The notes: generated by a model from the sequence alone, not told the origin. DNA of 62,068 nt from Patescibacteria group bacterium (GCA_029260935.1 JAJDCJ010000015.1:1-62068), one strand, 5' to 3'. Positions 6,329 through 15,887 are shown, numbered from the stretch's first letter. Numbers and translations are program-made.

Positions 6329-6823
6329 ATGAGTACCTCTGTCTTTACCCTCGCCAGCGATGTCTTTAATGACGGGGGCACTATTCCCACTGAATATACC
6401 TGTGACGGGGAGGGAATACACCCGCCTTTGAGTATCTCGGGAGTACCGACTGGCACAAAAAGCATGGTGTTATTAGTGGATGATCCGGACATACCAAAAG
6501 ACCTTAAAAAGAAGCGTGGTATTGAATGTTTTGATCACTGGGTGGTGTACAACATTCCAAAAGATACAACTGAAATTGAAGAAGGGGAGTCAGTCGGGAA
6601 AGAAGGTTTGAACTCAGGCGGTACGCGTGGGTACGTTGGTCCATGTCCACCGCCTGAATATGAACCAACAGCACACCGGTATTTCTTTCGGCTCTATGCT
6701 CTCTCCAAACAAATGCGTTTTGCAAAACCGCCAACACGCACGGAAGTGCTCACTGCTTTGGAATCGTGTGTTTTAGCAGAGACCCAACTTATGGGTATCT
6801 ATGACCGCAGTGGTCATAGATAA
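6329..6823 (+). CDS. YbhB/YbcL-family PEBP (Raf kinase inhibitor-like) protein
   Basis: Motifs GGTIPTEYTCDGEG, LVDDPD, HWVVYNIP, GPCPP, HRYFFRLYAL. Confidence 0.85.
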   Translation: MSTSVFTLASDVFNDGGTIPTEYTCDGEGIHPPLSISGVPTGTKSMVLLVDDPDIPKDLKKKRGIECFDHWVVYNIPKDTTEIEEGESVGKEGLNSGGTRGYVGPCPPPEYEPTAHRYFFRLYALSKQMRFAKPPTRTEVLTALESCVLAETQLMGIYDRSGHR

Positions 6824-6871
6824 TTTTTAGTAGCTAAAATCATACGCATCTGCGTGATACAATATAATCGT

Positions 6872-7108
6872 ATGTTTACATTATACGTTGAGACCGGCTG
6901 CCCTTATTGCGCCAAAGTATTACAAACCATTGATGAGTTGGGAATCTCAGTTGAGCAGAAAAATATTGCTGACTCTGGTGTTTCAGAAGAGCTTATTGCC
7001 CGAGGAGGGAAGCGTATGGTTCCTTATTTAGTAGATTCTGATCGCGATACTGAAATGTATGAGTCAGATGATATTGTCGCCTACCTCAAAGAGCACCACA
7101 GCGCGTAA
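6872..7108 (+). CDS. Glutaredoxin-like small redox protein
   Basis: CPYC active site at the N-terminus of a ~78-aa thioredoxin-fold-sized ORF. The track start GTG 6854 is an alternative. Confidence 0.7.
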   Translation: MFTLYVETGCPYCAKVLQTIDELGISVEQKNIADSGVSEELIARGGKRMVPYLVDSDRDTEMYESDDIVAYLKEHHSA

Positions 7109-7113
7109 CTACT

Positions 7114-7344
7114 ATGTATGTTCGGGTAGATGTGACGGCAGCGGCAAAGCGCGAGCGCTTTGCCGCTGTTTCTATAGACGCCTTCACTGTCTCAGTAAAA
7201 GAGCCGGCAGAGCGCAACATGGCAAACAAACGCGTTGTACAGTTGGTAGCCGAACATTTTAATCTACCACCAAGGGCAGTGCGGATTATCAGTGGACACC
7301 ACTCGCCCCGTAAAATTCTCTCAGTTACCCAAGCAAAAGGGTAA
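7114..7344 (+). CDS. DUF167/YggU-family protein
   Basis: 76 aa. Pattern V.V...AKR....V..D.F.V.V.EP.E...AN..V..L.A..F.....V.I.SGH.S..K typical of YggU. Confidence 0.65.
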   Translation: MYVRVDVTAAAKRERFAAVSIDAFTVSVKEPAERNMANKRVVQLVAEHFNLPPRAVRIISGHHSPRKILSVTQAKG

Positions 7345-7358
7345 GATATACTACATAT

Positions 7359-7724
7359 ATGGAAATAAAAACAAAAGTCACCGGTTCAGTGGTTATGAGT
7401 GATGAACTGGCAGTATATATAACTAATAAACTTGAAAAAATCACCATCTTTCTAAAAAAAGACCCTACTGCTATTTTTGAAGTTGAAGTAGGAACGACCG
7501 CAGGCGGTCAGCGCACCGGTGATGTGTATCGCGCGGAAATCCACGCAACGTTCGCCGGCGGTGATGTATATGCAGAGTCAACGGCAGCAAACCTCCACCT
7601 TGCAATTGACCGCACAATAAAAGAAGCACGCCGTGAGTTTAAAAAAAGACGCGGCAAAAACAATGATGCGATGCGAAAAGGAGCAATACAGGTGAAAGAC
7701 TTCTTCCGCAATTTTGGGAAATAA
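7359..7724 (+). CDS. hpf: Ribosome hibernation promoting factor / RaiA family (short form)
   Basis: 121 aa. IT..L..Y...KL.K....YRAEI...F.GG.VYAES....L..AID....K..R.. pattern. Confidence 0.75.
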   Translation: MEIKTKVTGSVVMSDELAVYITNKLEKITIFLKKDPTAIFEVEVGTTAGGQRTGDVYRAEIHATFAGGDVYAESTAANLHLAIDRTIKEARREFKKRRGKNNDAMRKGAIQVKDFFRNFGK

Positions 7725-7734
7725 AGGACGCTCC

Positions 7735-7798
7735 GGGCGATGATAGTTTCAGAACCCTGCCTGCCCTCCTGCGCGAGTTTCTGAAACTGTCATCGCCC
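7735..7798. other. Long imperfect hairpin (20-bp arms, 1 mismatch, 24-nt GC-rich loop)
   Basis: GGGCGATGATAGTTTCAGAA ... TTCTGAAACTGTCATCGCCC, read directly from the sequence. Part of a ~300-nt ORF-free spacer. Confidence 0.6.
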
Positions 7799-7961
7799 TT
7801 CCACTAAGGTGTAGAAACTCCGTGTTCTGCGGCCGCCAAAATCATCACTACCCTACGTTAGAGTTGGAGGAATTGTGTGCTTGGCTAGGCTGTCTAACTA
7901 CCCAAACAGGCCTAGCAAAACAGTGATTTTGTAGACTGAGCGATACTTGCTTCGCTAAGAT

Positions 7962-7991
7962 AAACGGCTCATTCTTAAGAATGAGCCGTTT
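7962..7991. terminator. Bidirectional hairpin between convergent hpf and fmt
   Basis: Perfect palindrome AAACGGCTCATTCTT/AAGAATGAGCCGTTT. Confidence 0.55.
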
Positions 7992-8025
7992 ATCTGAAGG
8001 ACGATTTTTCAGCTAGGCGGAAAAA

Positions 8026-8910
8026 CTAGACGCGTGTAAAATCTTTATAATCCATTTCATTTTTTCCTTCAGGAACAACACGCAGTGGGGTAAATAATTC
8101 ATCTTTGTACTCAGCTGTAACAATCTTTACGCGCACTTTTTTACCATTCTGTTCTGCAAAAAAGTACGTTCCAGGCCACCCATCGTAGGCACTGTATTTT
8201 AAATAATTAGTACGTGCATTGCCATCAAGGGAAATTTCGCCGTCCGCTTTCTCTATTTTTTTTGTAAATGTTGCGTTGCTATGGTCTTGCTCTTGAGGAG
8301 TGATATCTCCTTGTAGCCACTCAGGGATCACCTCAACGAGTAACTGTCCGCCGATGTCTGCAAGGAGGGCCGTCAATGTCTTTGAAGACAAGGGCCACTC
8401 CGTGTGTGCGGGTACATCATCAGGAGTAACTGACGCTTGGGCAACAATAGGGCCGTGGTCTAGTTCTTCGTCCAGTAACATAATAGACACACCGACTTCT
8501 TTTTCATCGTTGAGTATTTGGTTTTCAATAGGGGAGGCACCACGGAACTTTGGTAAAAGAGAAGGGTGAATATTCAGTGTTCCTTTGTGGGGAATGTCTA
8601 ACACACTTTTCGGAATAAGAGCACCATATGCAGAAACAATAAACAGGTCCCATTCAGAGTTTTTTAAAAGAGAAACAGTCTCATTTTCATCCTTGAGAGA
8701 GTCAGGTTGTAATACAGGAATCTCATTCTCCTCACCCCATTTCTTAACGGGTGAACTCTGGAGCTCCATGCCACGACCGGCTGGTTTGTCAGGGGTGGTG
8801 ACAATAATATCGGGGGAGAGCCCCGCTTCTTTCAGCGCCTCAAGGGTGTGTACCGCAAACTCCGGTGTACCAAAAAACCCCAGATTGAAATCTTTCAGTT
8901 TTTTGCTCAT
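8026..8910 (-). CDS. fmt: Methionyl-tRNA formyltransferase
   Basis: FFGTPEFAV, TPDKPAGRG, LNIHPSLLPKFRGASPI; adjacent to def. Confidence 0.9.
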   Translation of the reverse strand: MSKKLKDFNLGFFGTPEFAVHTLEALKEAGLSPDIIVTTPDKPAGRGMELQSSPVKKWGEENEIPVLQPDSLKDENETVSLLKNSEWDLFIVSAYGALIPKSVLDIPHKGTLNIHPSLLPKFRGASPIENQILNDEKEVGVSIMLLDEELDHGPIVAQASVTPDDVPAHTEWPLSSKTLTALLADIGGQLLVEVIPEWLQGDITPQEQDHSNATFTKKIEKADGEISLDGNARTNYLKYSAYDGWPGTYFFAEQNGKKVRVKIVTAEYKDELFTPLRVVPEGKNEMDYKDFTRV

Positions 8911-8997
8911 GTAAACACTATAACGTTTTCTTGTAACAAACTTTTAATATCTTTAAAGATTTGTTGAGATTCAAACGGGGCAGGAACGCTTGAGTAA

Positions 8998-9564
8998 TTA
9001 GTCATAATCTATAAAAGTGCCGTCAGGGAGCGTTTTTTTAAGGTCTGTTGCATGGTCTATAAAGAGAACACCATTCAAATGGTCTACTTCATGTTGAAAA
9101 ATTTCTGCTAACAATTCACTACCACCACGTTGAAACTTTTTCCCGCTCGCGTCATGCGCCACCACGGTGACTTTCTCAGCACGCTCAATCGTGCCATACA
9201 CATTAGGGACCGACAGACACCCCTCTCCCGTAACAGATATTTTTTTTCGTGACGAGTTTACTATTTTTGGATTTATAAAAACTACATCAGGGTCATCATC
9301 ATTGCGCTCATTACCGGCGACCACAAAACCACGCACCGTAAAAATCCGATACGACACACCTATTTGGGGAGCGGCGATTGCAACACCAAATTCTGCACTT
9401 CTCAGTGATGCCTCCATAGCAGAAAGAATACCAGTGAGTTCTTTAGTGCCAAACAGTTCCTTTGGTACCTCAGGTGCCACCACTCTTAAAACTGGTGCAC
9501 CCGCAGTTACAATAGGGGTTGGATGTGTATCTTTCATATGAGGTAAATGTACTACATCTGGCAC
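8998..9564 (-). CDS. def: Peptide deformylase
   Basis: Motifs GVAIAAPQIG, EGCLSVP, HEVDHLNG. ATG at 9537 is an alternative start. Confidence 0.9.
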   Translation of the reverse strand: MPDVVHLPHMKDTHPTPIVTAGAPVLRVVAPEVPKELFGTKELTGILSAMEASLRSAEFGVAIAAPQIGVSYRIFTVRGFVVAGNERNDDDPDVVFINPKIVNSSRKKISVTGEGCLSVPNVYGTIERAEKVTVVAHDASGKKFQRGGSELLAEIFQHEVDHLNGVLFIDHATDLKKTLPDGTFIDYD

Positions 9565-9577
9565 GTATTTTAAATGG

Positions 9578-9600
9578 ATGTAGCTGTCCGACAGCTACAT
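9578..9600. repeat. REP-like 23-nt palindrome ATGTAGCTGTCCGACAGCTACAT
   Basis: Perfect palindrome around central C/G. One of six copies in the window. Confidence 0.9.
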
Positions 9601-9614
9601 TTTTTCCATCCCCT

Positions 9615-9655
9615 CCACCCAACATATGGACACGGCGTGTCCATATGTTGGGTGG
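9615..9655. repeat. 41-nt perfect hairpin (19-bp arms CCACCCAACATATGGACAC / GTGTCCATATGTTGGGTGG)
   Basis: Read directly from the sequence. A different palindrome family in the same spacer. Confidence 0.85.
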
Positions 9656-9744
9656 GTAACACTATAACTCACACTCTGTACGCTCTGTGTCTATACGATT
9701 TCGTCGGGGTCGACAGCACTGTGCCATTTATTGCTTACACAGAA

Positions 9745-9776
9745 ATGTAGCTGATGTAGCTGTCGGACAGCTACAT
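9745..9776. repeat. REP-like palindrome (9754-9776) preceded by a 9-nt partial duplication ATGTAGCTG
   Basis: ATGTAGCTG-ATGTAGCTGTCGGACAGCTACAT. Confidence 0.9.
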
Positions 9777-9821
9777 TTTTTCTACATTTTTCCAGCTTTC
9801 AGTTCTCCAAAAACTAGGACA

Positions 9822-9840
9822 TCGGATGTCGGACATCCGA
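9822..9840. repeat. REP-related 19-nt palindrome TCGGATGTCGGACATCCGA
   Basis: Shares the central GTCSGAC core with the 23-mer. Confidence 0.75.
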
Positions 9841-9856
9841 ATATTTATTCGTTTTT

Positions 9857-11767
9857 CTATACAATCTCGTCGGGATCAACTGAAACGTGTACTTCAGGTG
9901 GAAGTGATAAAAGCTCACCGCGGAGTGTGTGGTGAGGCCACTTTCCTGACTCAAGGCGAATAACGGCGCGTGCGATGTATCGGTTTTTTCCAATATATCG
10001 TGGTGGCAGGGGCCCAATAATTTCCCAATCTTTAAGGACGTCACGAACGATTTCGTTTGTTTTTTCAATAGCCCTTTCGGTGCCAGTCCAGGTCAGTCCA
10101 ATAAATGTAGTAAATGGTGGATAGCCAAACTGCTCACGTTCTTTTAATTCTTCTCGTATAAAGTCAGTCGGATTACCTGAGGCAAGAGCACGCATGACAG
10201 AACTGTCGGCGTTGCGCGTTTGAACGAAGAGTGGCCCTTGGGTGTGGTCGCGTAAGTAGAAAAGTGTAGTGAGTGCGTACTCATGCGCACGCCACGCCGA
10301 AATTGAAAGAAGTGAGTCAATTGAGGCGACTACTGAAAGGTCAACCGGTTCGGTCAGATACGGAAGTGCCCGCTCTGTCCCTATCAACAGTGCACCTGAT
10401 ATTTCAAAAAATTGTTTCTGTATTTTTTTCGCCTTGCTGTGTGTTGACGCATTGTCAGCCGTGATTGAAAATACCTGATACTTTTTAAATAATTTTTGCG
10501 CCTCATCAATCACTCTCTCAACACCAATACCTAAACTCACCAAATTCCAACTAGTACACTGTTTGCATGAAATATTCGCAGGCACTACCGCACCCGAGCG
10601 GTATGACATAAATACGTTCCCTTTTTCAGTTTTATGTAATGTCATTGGAGTATCACTACTAGGATCGGTAATAGGAGTGCCACAGTCATTACATACAGTC
10701 AGCGGCGCCAGTCCTTTACGTTGTGCAAAGACAAACACACGCCCACCACGTTCTAACTCTTTTCGTATAGCGTGTTCTGCCTGCTCAGTAAATACACTAA
10801 ACGGTCTCTTTTTTTTTGGTATTTGGTTTTCGGTCTCTTTTTTTCGCGCGTCAATAATACTCACGGGGGTTCTGTTTTGTGCTGAAACTTGCATACGCAT
10901 GAGCTCCTCAAGTTCGCCCCTTTGGAGTCTGTTGCGTGTGGTGACGCGCAGAGGGAAGTCAGCATAAATAATTCGTGCTCCTTGTTTTTTGGCTATATAT
11001 TCTGCCGTTATGCGCGCATCAATGGCATTCTGTTCAAACCCTCTATAGGTGCGGGCACTTTCTCTTTCAATAATATATGCACCGACGTTAGATCGTGGAA
11101 TCGCTAAGAAAGAAGGGGTAGTAACAATAAGGAGTGGTTCAGGGTCAGTCGTTGCGCGATTCCAAATAGAGAGTATTGCCTTTTTTGTTATTGAGGAAGT
11201 AATTAACACAACTTGTTCTTCAATACCGCGATGCAGTTTTTCATATAAGTTTTCAGCTTCAATACTAGTGGGTGCAATAAGGATAATTGATGTACCACGA
11301 GCAAATGCTTCGCGTGCAATGTTGCGATACATACGCACACGTTCTTCTGATTCAGCTTGAAGTACCAGTGCATCCGATGTGGTTTCAACTCTTTCTTCTG
11401 TAACGGGGGCGTTATTAATTTTATCCAAAGAGTCAGTAATAACGCTCGGTGTGAAGTGCGCAAGCAGTGCGCCAATAGGGAGTGCGTGGTAGATGGCACT
11501 ATCGCGTAATCCCTCAAGTATGGCGGAGGGAAGAACGCGCTTACTCGTTCGTGATGTTATTTTTTTAAGCGCGAAAGAGCTTTCGCGAAGTTCTTGCCGT
11601 TCCGTGCGCACATCAGTGATTGATACCACCACGGCAGGAGTTGCCTTACCGCGAACCGGCACCGTAACGACAGAGCCCACTTCAAACTTTGTTTTTGAAA
11701 AAAAGGATAGTGTTCCTTTTAAACCCCTTTTGCTCATTGGAGTAACTTGGACAACAAACATATGCAC
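9857..11767 (-). CDS. priA: Primosomal protein N' (replication restart helicase)
   Basis: 636 aa; N-terminal 3'-DNA-binding-like region, helicase core, Cys-rich Zn insertion (CNDCGTPI...CKQCTSW). Confidence 0.85.
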   Translation of the reverse strand: MHMFVVQVTPMSKRGLKGTLSFFSKTKFEVGSVVTVPVRGKATPAVVVSITDVRTERQELRESSFALKKITSRTSKRVLPSAILEGLRDSAIYHALPIGALLAHFTPSVITDSLDKINNAPVTEERVETTSDALVLQAESEERVRMYRNIAREAFARGTSIILIAPTSIEAENLYEKLHRGIEEQVVLITSSITKKAILSIWNRATTDPEPLLIVTTPSFLAIPRSNVGAYIIERESARTYRGFEQNAIDARITAEYIAKKQGARIIYADFPLRVTTRNRLQRGELEELMRMQVSAQNRTPVSIIDARKKETENQIPKKKRPFSVFTEQAEHAIRKELERGGRVFVFAQRKGLAPLTVCNDCGTPITDPSSDTPMTLHKTEKGNVFMSYRSGAVVPANISCKQCTSWNLVSLGIGVERVIDEAQKLFKKYQVFSITADNASTHSKAKKIQKQFFEISGALLIGTERALPYLTEPVDLSVVASIDSLLSISAWRAHEYALTTLFYLRDHTQGPLFVQTRNADSSVMRALASGNPTDFIREELKEREQFGYPPFTTFIGLTWTGTERAIEKTNEIVRDVLKDWEIIGPLPPRYIGKNRYIARAVIRLESGKWPHHTLRGELLSLPPEVHVSVDPDEIV

Positions 11768-11845
11768 AGTTTATATGTTTTATTGGATAGGGTACACCCC
11801 CCGCTATTATGCCAAAGCTAGGGTCGGGGGTATAATTGAGAAATT

Positions 11846-13126
11846 ATGAATATGTTTGTAGTTGATGGGCTCTCAGGAAAAGCATCACTTTCAGGTGAGG
11901 TTTCAATTGAAGGAGCAAAAAACGCAGCGCTTCCTATTATGGCAGCGGCGCTGGTTGTGTCAGGCGAAACAGTCCTTACGAATGTTCCTGACATAGCAGA
12001 TGTTGCTTCAATGAGCACTCTTCTTGAAGGGGTGGGTGCATATGTTACCTGCAAAGACGGTCAGTGTTCAATTAGAACGCAGGATGTCAATCGTTCAGTA
12101 CTGGACCCCACCATAGCAAAATTATTACGCGCCAGTGTTTTACTTACCGGCTCAGTTCTTGCGCGAGTGGGGAAGGTGGTCTTTCCACATCCGGGTGGGT
12201 GTGTTCTCGGCTCTCGGCCCATTGATATTTTCTTAGAAGGTTTTGAAAAGTTAGGATGCACTATTTCAGAAAGGCACGATGCCTACACCATCACGGCAGA
12301 AAATGGTATTGAAGGTGGTGAAATTTTCTTCAAAACAATCTCAGTTACTGCAACTGAGACATTTATGATTGCATCAACAAAAGCAAAAGCTCCGGTCGTG
12401 CTTAAAAATTGTGCAATGGAGCCTGAAATTGTGGCAACCGCTGAATATCTAGAGGCATGTGGTGCACGCATAGAAGGCGCGGGCACATCCACTATCACCA
12501 TTCACCCCTCACATCTTGAAGCACCACCCGATCTAGTGCGTATTATTCCAGACCGTATTGAGGCGGGAAGTTTCCTTCTTCTCGGCGCACTTCTAGGAAA
12601 AAAAATAACATTACGCAACTGTGAGCCAAAACACCTTGAAGCAGTTACTGAAACACTTCGTTCAATGGGGGTTACCATTACCACCACCTTTAACACTATG
12701 TCAGTGTCTGCGCCAAGCACACTAACCGGTGTTTCTATTCGTACGCATGAATATCCTGGTTTCCCAACTGACTTACAGGCGCCGTTTGCAGTACTTCTTA
12801 CTCAGGCAAAAGGGGAAAGCTCAATACTAGAAACTGTTTTTGATGGGCGATTAAATTATCTGCAAGATCTTTCTAGTATGGGAGCTCACGCACAGGTATG
12901 GAATCCGCATAAAGCCACTATAAAAGGACCAACGCCACTCAAGGCCCGCGATATTGATGGACCTGATATTCGCGCAGGACTTGCGTTTCTGTTGGCAGCT
13001 GCTGTTGCTGAAGGAAAATCAAAAGTAGGTAACGCACACCTTATAGACCGCGGATATGAACGTATTGAAGATAAACTTGCATCTCTCGGACTTCCCATAC
13101 AGCGCATTACCCATACCCACGATTGA
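11846..13126 (+). CDS. murA: UDP-N-acetylglucosamine 1-carboxyvinyltransferase
   Basis: GAKNAALPIMAAAL, GGC.LGSRPID, typical 426-aa length. Confidence 0.9.
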   Translation: MNMFVVDGLSGKASLSGEVSIEGAKNAALPIMAAALVVSGETVLTNVPDIADVASMSTLLEGVGAYVTCKDGQCSIRTQDVNRSVLDPTIAKLLRASVLLTGSVLARVGKVVFPHPGGCVLGSRPIDIFLEGFEKLGCTISERHDAYTITAENGIEGGEIFFKTISVTATETFMIASTKAKAPVVLKNCAMEPEIVATAEYLEACGARIEGAGTSTITIHPSHLEAPPDLVRIIPDRIEAGSFLLLGALLGKKITLRNCEPKHLEAVTETLRSMGVTITTTFNTMSVSAPSTLTGVSIRTHEYPGFPTDLQAPFAVLLTQAKGESSILETVFDGRLNYLQDLSSMGAHAQVWNPHKATIKGPTPLKARDIDGPDIRAGLAFLLAAAVAEGKSKVGNAHLIDRGYERIEDKLASLGLPIQRITHTHD

Positions 13127-13196
13127 CGCCCTACATCAGTTGCAAAACACAGGCATACTCTCTTTCCACGCACTTTTGCTATACTATGCCTAACGT

Positions 13197-14213
13197 ATGA
13201 ACATGTCTTTCTTTTCTCCAAAGCTAGGGATTGACCTTGGCACCACCACTACACTGGTTTATGTGCCGGGAATTGGTGTGGTACTTAATGAACCTTCAGT
13301 TGTTGCGGTGTCCCAAAATGACCGCTCTATTTTAGCCATTGGAACTCAGGCAAAGGAAATGATTGGGCGCACTCCTGAGTCAATCATTGCGTACCGTCCC
13401 ATGAAAGACGGCGTCATTGCAGACTACCGTGTGACTGAAGCTATGCTCAAACACTATATTAAAAAGGCACTCGGCAGGTGGAACTTATTTAAGCCGGACG
13501 TTATTGTCTCGGTTCCTGCAGGTGTTACGTCAACGGAGAGACGTGCGGTTGTTGAAGCGGCACTCAGGGCGGGCGCCAAAAACGCCTTTGTTATTAAAGA
13601 GCCGATACTGGCTGCAATTGGCGCTGGTATTCCTATTCATGAACCACGTGGCTACATGATCGTTGACATAGGCGGTGGCACCACGGACGCCGCAGTTATC
13701 TCGCTCGGCGGGATCGTTGCCTCAACGTCAGTTAAATGTGCGGGCAACAGAATAGACCAATCAATCATTGATTATATTAAAAAAACATACAACCTCGCAA
13801 TCGGTGACAAGACCGCCGAGGATATTAAAATTCAGATAGGATCCGCGGTGCCTCTTGAAGAGGAACTTTCAATTACTATAAAAGGAAGAGACCTTCTGTC
13901 AGGATTACCACGGACGGCAACGGTGGAAACAAATGAAATTGTGCGCGCTATCTCCCGCAACCTCAGAGAAATGATAAAAGCAATGCGCAACGTCTTACAG
14001 GAGACACCACCGGAGCTGGCAGCCGACATTATTGACCATGGCATCATAATGACGGGTGGCACCAGTCAGCTCAGGCACTTACCTGAACTGGTTTTTCGCA
14101 GGACAGGCGTGCCGGCAACACTGGCAGATGACGCCGTCTTCTGTGTTGCCAAAGGTACCGGTATCACACTTGAGCATCTTGATGTGTATAAAAAAACGGT
14201 CACCAATAAATAA
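13197..14213 (+). CDS. mreB: Rod-shape actin homolog MreB (paralog 1)
   Basis: GIDLGTTTTLVY, NEPSVVA, MIVDIGGGTTD, MTGGTSQLR. Confidence 0.9.
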   Translation: MNMSFFSPKLGIDLGTTTTLVYVPGIGVVLNEPSVVAVSQNDRSILAIGTQAKEMIGRTPESIIAYRPMKDGVIADYRVTEAMLKHYIKKALGRWNLFKPDVIVSVPAGVTSTERRAVVEAALRAGAKNAFVIKEPILAAIGAGIPIHEPRGYMIVDIGGGTTDAAVISLGGIVASTSVKCAGNRIDQSIIDYIKKTYNLAIGDKTAEDIKIQIGSAVPLEEELSITIKGRDLLSGLPRTATVETNEIVRAISRNLREMIKAMRNVLQETPPELAADIIDHGIIMTGGTSQLRHLPELVFRRTGVPATLADDAVFCVAKGTGITLEHLDVYKKTVTNK

Positions 14214-14229
14214 TTTCATTTTCTATACC

Positions 14230-14883
14230 ATGGACCCTTTTGAGTATCTCATCAATACAGAAGAGTTAGCACACTCATATATAGTGCGCGGAGACGTTGA
14301 GGAAGTGTATGCACCACTAACCAATCTGATTTCAAAAAGAGAGTTTGAGGGAAAGGGGAGTGTTGATTTTATGCACGGCATCTATGAAAGTTTCGGTGTT
14401 GACGAAAGTCGCGCTATCGTCTCATTTGCGTCATTGCGCCCAATAGGGAGTCGCAAAGTTATTCTCATCGCGGCCCACTCAATGACGGCAGAAGCACAGC
14501 ACGGTCTCCTCAAAGCGACAGAGGAGGGGATAGGGCATACACATTTCTTTTTTGTGTTTGAAGTTGGCGCTCCCGTATTACCCACACTACTGTCTCGGAG
14601 TGTGGTGCTCAAAACTGACGGTGATCAAGTTGGAAAAGAACATTCTCTTGGTAAAGAGTTTTTAGAAAAAACCTATCCAGAGCGACTCACATATGTAGAA
14701 AAGCTCGCAAAAGAACAAAACAGGAACGAGGCACGTGCAGTTATTACTTCACTTCTGTACACGGCAAACAGTGCACACTATAATGCACACACACTCCGTG
14801 ATTTACTTGAGGCGCATCAGCATCTCACCCTTACCGGATCATCAATAAAAAGCGTGTTGGGGCACGTGGCGTTAGTGTTGTAA
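14230..14883 (+). CDS. holB: DNA polymerase III delta'-like clamp-loader subunit (short)
   Basis: Track ORF 14056.. overlaps mreB, so the first non-overlapping ATG is 14230. HSYIV..., VILIAAHSMTAEAQHGLLKATEE resembles the SRC/sensor region of delta'. Confidence 0.55.
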   Translation: MDPFEYLINTEELAHSYIVRGDVEEVYAPLTNLISKREFEGKGSVDFMHGIYESFGVDESRAIVSFASLRPIGSRKVILIAAHSMTAEAQHGLLKATEEGIGHTHFFFVFEVGAPVLPTLLSRSVVLKTDGDQVGKEHSLGKEFLEKTYPERLTYVEKLAKEQNRNEARAVITSLLYTANSAHYNAHTLRDLLEAHQHLTLTGSSIKSVLGHVALVL

Positions 14884-14892
14884 TACTGTTTG

Positions 14893-15069
14893 TTATTTTT
14901 TTCTATCAATAACATTTCTAACTGCAATAAACAGTCCTCCGACGATAGAAATAAGTATGAACACTTCACCACTAAAGAGTACCCATTCTTCAGGACCCCA
15001 CGTGTCAAAGTCAGCGAATATAATGTCCAAAACACTCCGTGACCCTTCTTGGTATGATTCATTTTCCAT
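14893..15069 (-). CDS. Hypothetical 58-aa C-terminally anchored membrane protein
   Basis: Hand-translated: MENESYQEGSRSVLDIIFADFDTWGPEEWVLFSGEVFILISIVGGLFIAVRNVIDRKK. More protein-like than the overlapping track ORF 14817..15062. Confidence 0.35.
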   Translation of the reverse strand: MENESYQEGSRSVLDIIFADFDTWGPEEWVLFSGEVFILISIVGGLFIAVRNVIDRKK

Positions 15070-15151
15070 ACCCTCTATTATACCTCCACACTGTATCGCA
15101 TGCTCTGAAAATGCTTTTCCTTATGTCCTCTTTCCCGTATACTGCTTCTAT

Positions 15152-15691
15152 ATGGCATACAACACAACACAATTACAAAAAAGCATTAACGAAACAAAGC
15201 TATGGTTTGAAGAGGAGCTTAGCTCACTGAGGACTGGGCGCGCTACTCCAACACTCCTTGATGGTGTGTCGCTTGAAGTGTACGGTAGTCGGGTTAAATT
15301 GAATCAGGTAGCAACTATTTTAGTTGAAGACGCACGCAGTTTGTATGTTTCCCCATATGACACTGAGCAGATAAAACTTATTGAAAAGGCAGTCACTGTT
15401 GCCGACCTCGGTGTATCGGTAGGGTCAGATGAAAGAGGGGTGCGTGTTTCTTTTCCTGAGTTAACCGCAGAGCGCAGACAACAGCTTATTAAGATACTGA
15501 AAGGGAAGCATGAAGAGGCGCGAATTGCACTCAAACAAAAAAGAACGGAGGCAATCAGCACACTTGAAAAAGAACAGTTAAGTGAAGATGAGGTACGTGA
15601 CGGAAAAAGTGATATTCAAAAAATTATTGACGACGGCAATAAAGTACTTGAGGACATTGCCGATAAAAAAGAAAAAGATTTAAGCTCATAA
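15152..15691 (+). CDS. frr: Ribosome recycling factor
   Basis: LSSLRTGRATP.LLD.V.VE.YG; ATG 15152 chosen within track ORF 14957... Confidence 0.9.
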   Translation: MAYNTTQLQKSINETKLWFEEELSSLRTGRATPTLLDGVSLEVYGSRVKLNQVATILVEDARSLYVSPYDTEQIKLIEKAVTVADLGVSVGSDERGVRVSFPELTAERRQQLIKILKGKHEEARIALKQKRTEAISTLEKEQLSEDEVRDGKSDIQKIIDDGNKVLEDIADKKEKDLSS

Positions 15692-15887
15692 AGTAACTCT
15701 ATCTATGGAAGGTTTTTTACAAAGAGAATATTGTAGGGAAGTATCAGAGCGATGGTCGTGTGATACGTGTCAGAAAGTCCACACAAAGACTGTTAAGGAG
15801 ACACGAATCAAAAAGATAGATTCATCTGTAAAACAGACGTGCCCACGGTGTAATTGCAAAACAAAGCATACGAAGGTTGCGTAATAT

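Noticed and set aside
6185-6492. ORFs 6185..6421(-) and 6310..6492(-)
   Set aside because: They are antisense to or overlapping the well-supported PEBP gene and the tRNA upstream repeats, with no motifs.
6854-6872. TATAAT at 6863-6868 as a leaderless promoter for the glutaredoxin-like gene
   Set aside because: Only 3 nt separate the hexamer from ATG 6872, which is too short for a start at or before the ATG. The alternative GTG 6854 lies upstream of the box, so this example was not counted.
9687-10068. ORFs 9687..9935(+) and 9814..10068(-)
   Set aside because: These are translations of palindromic repeats (NVADVAVGQLHF, SDVRHP) and of the priA 3' end on the wrong strand.
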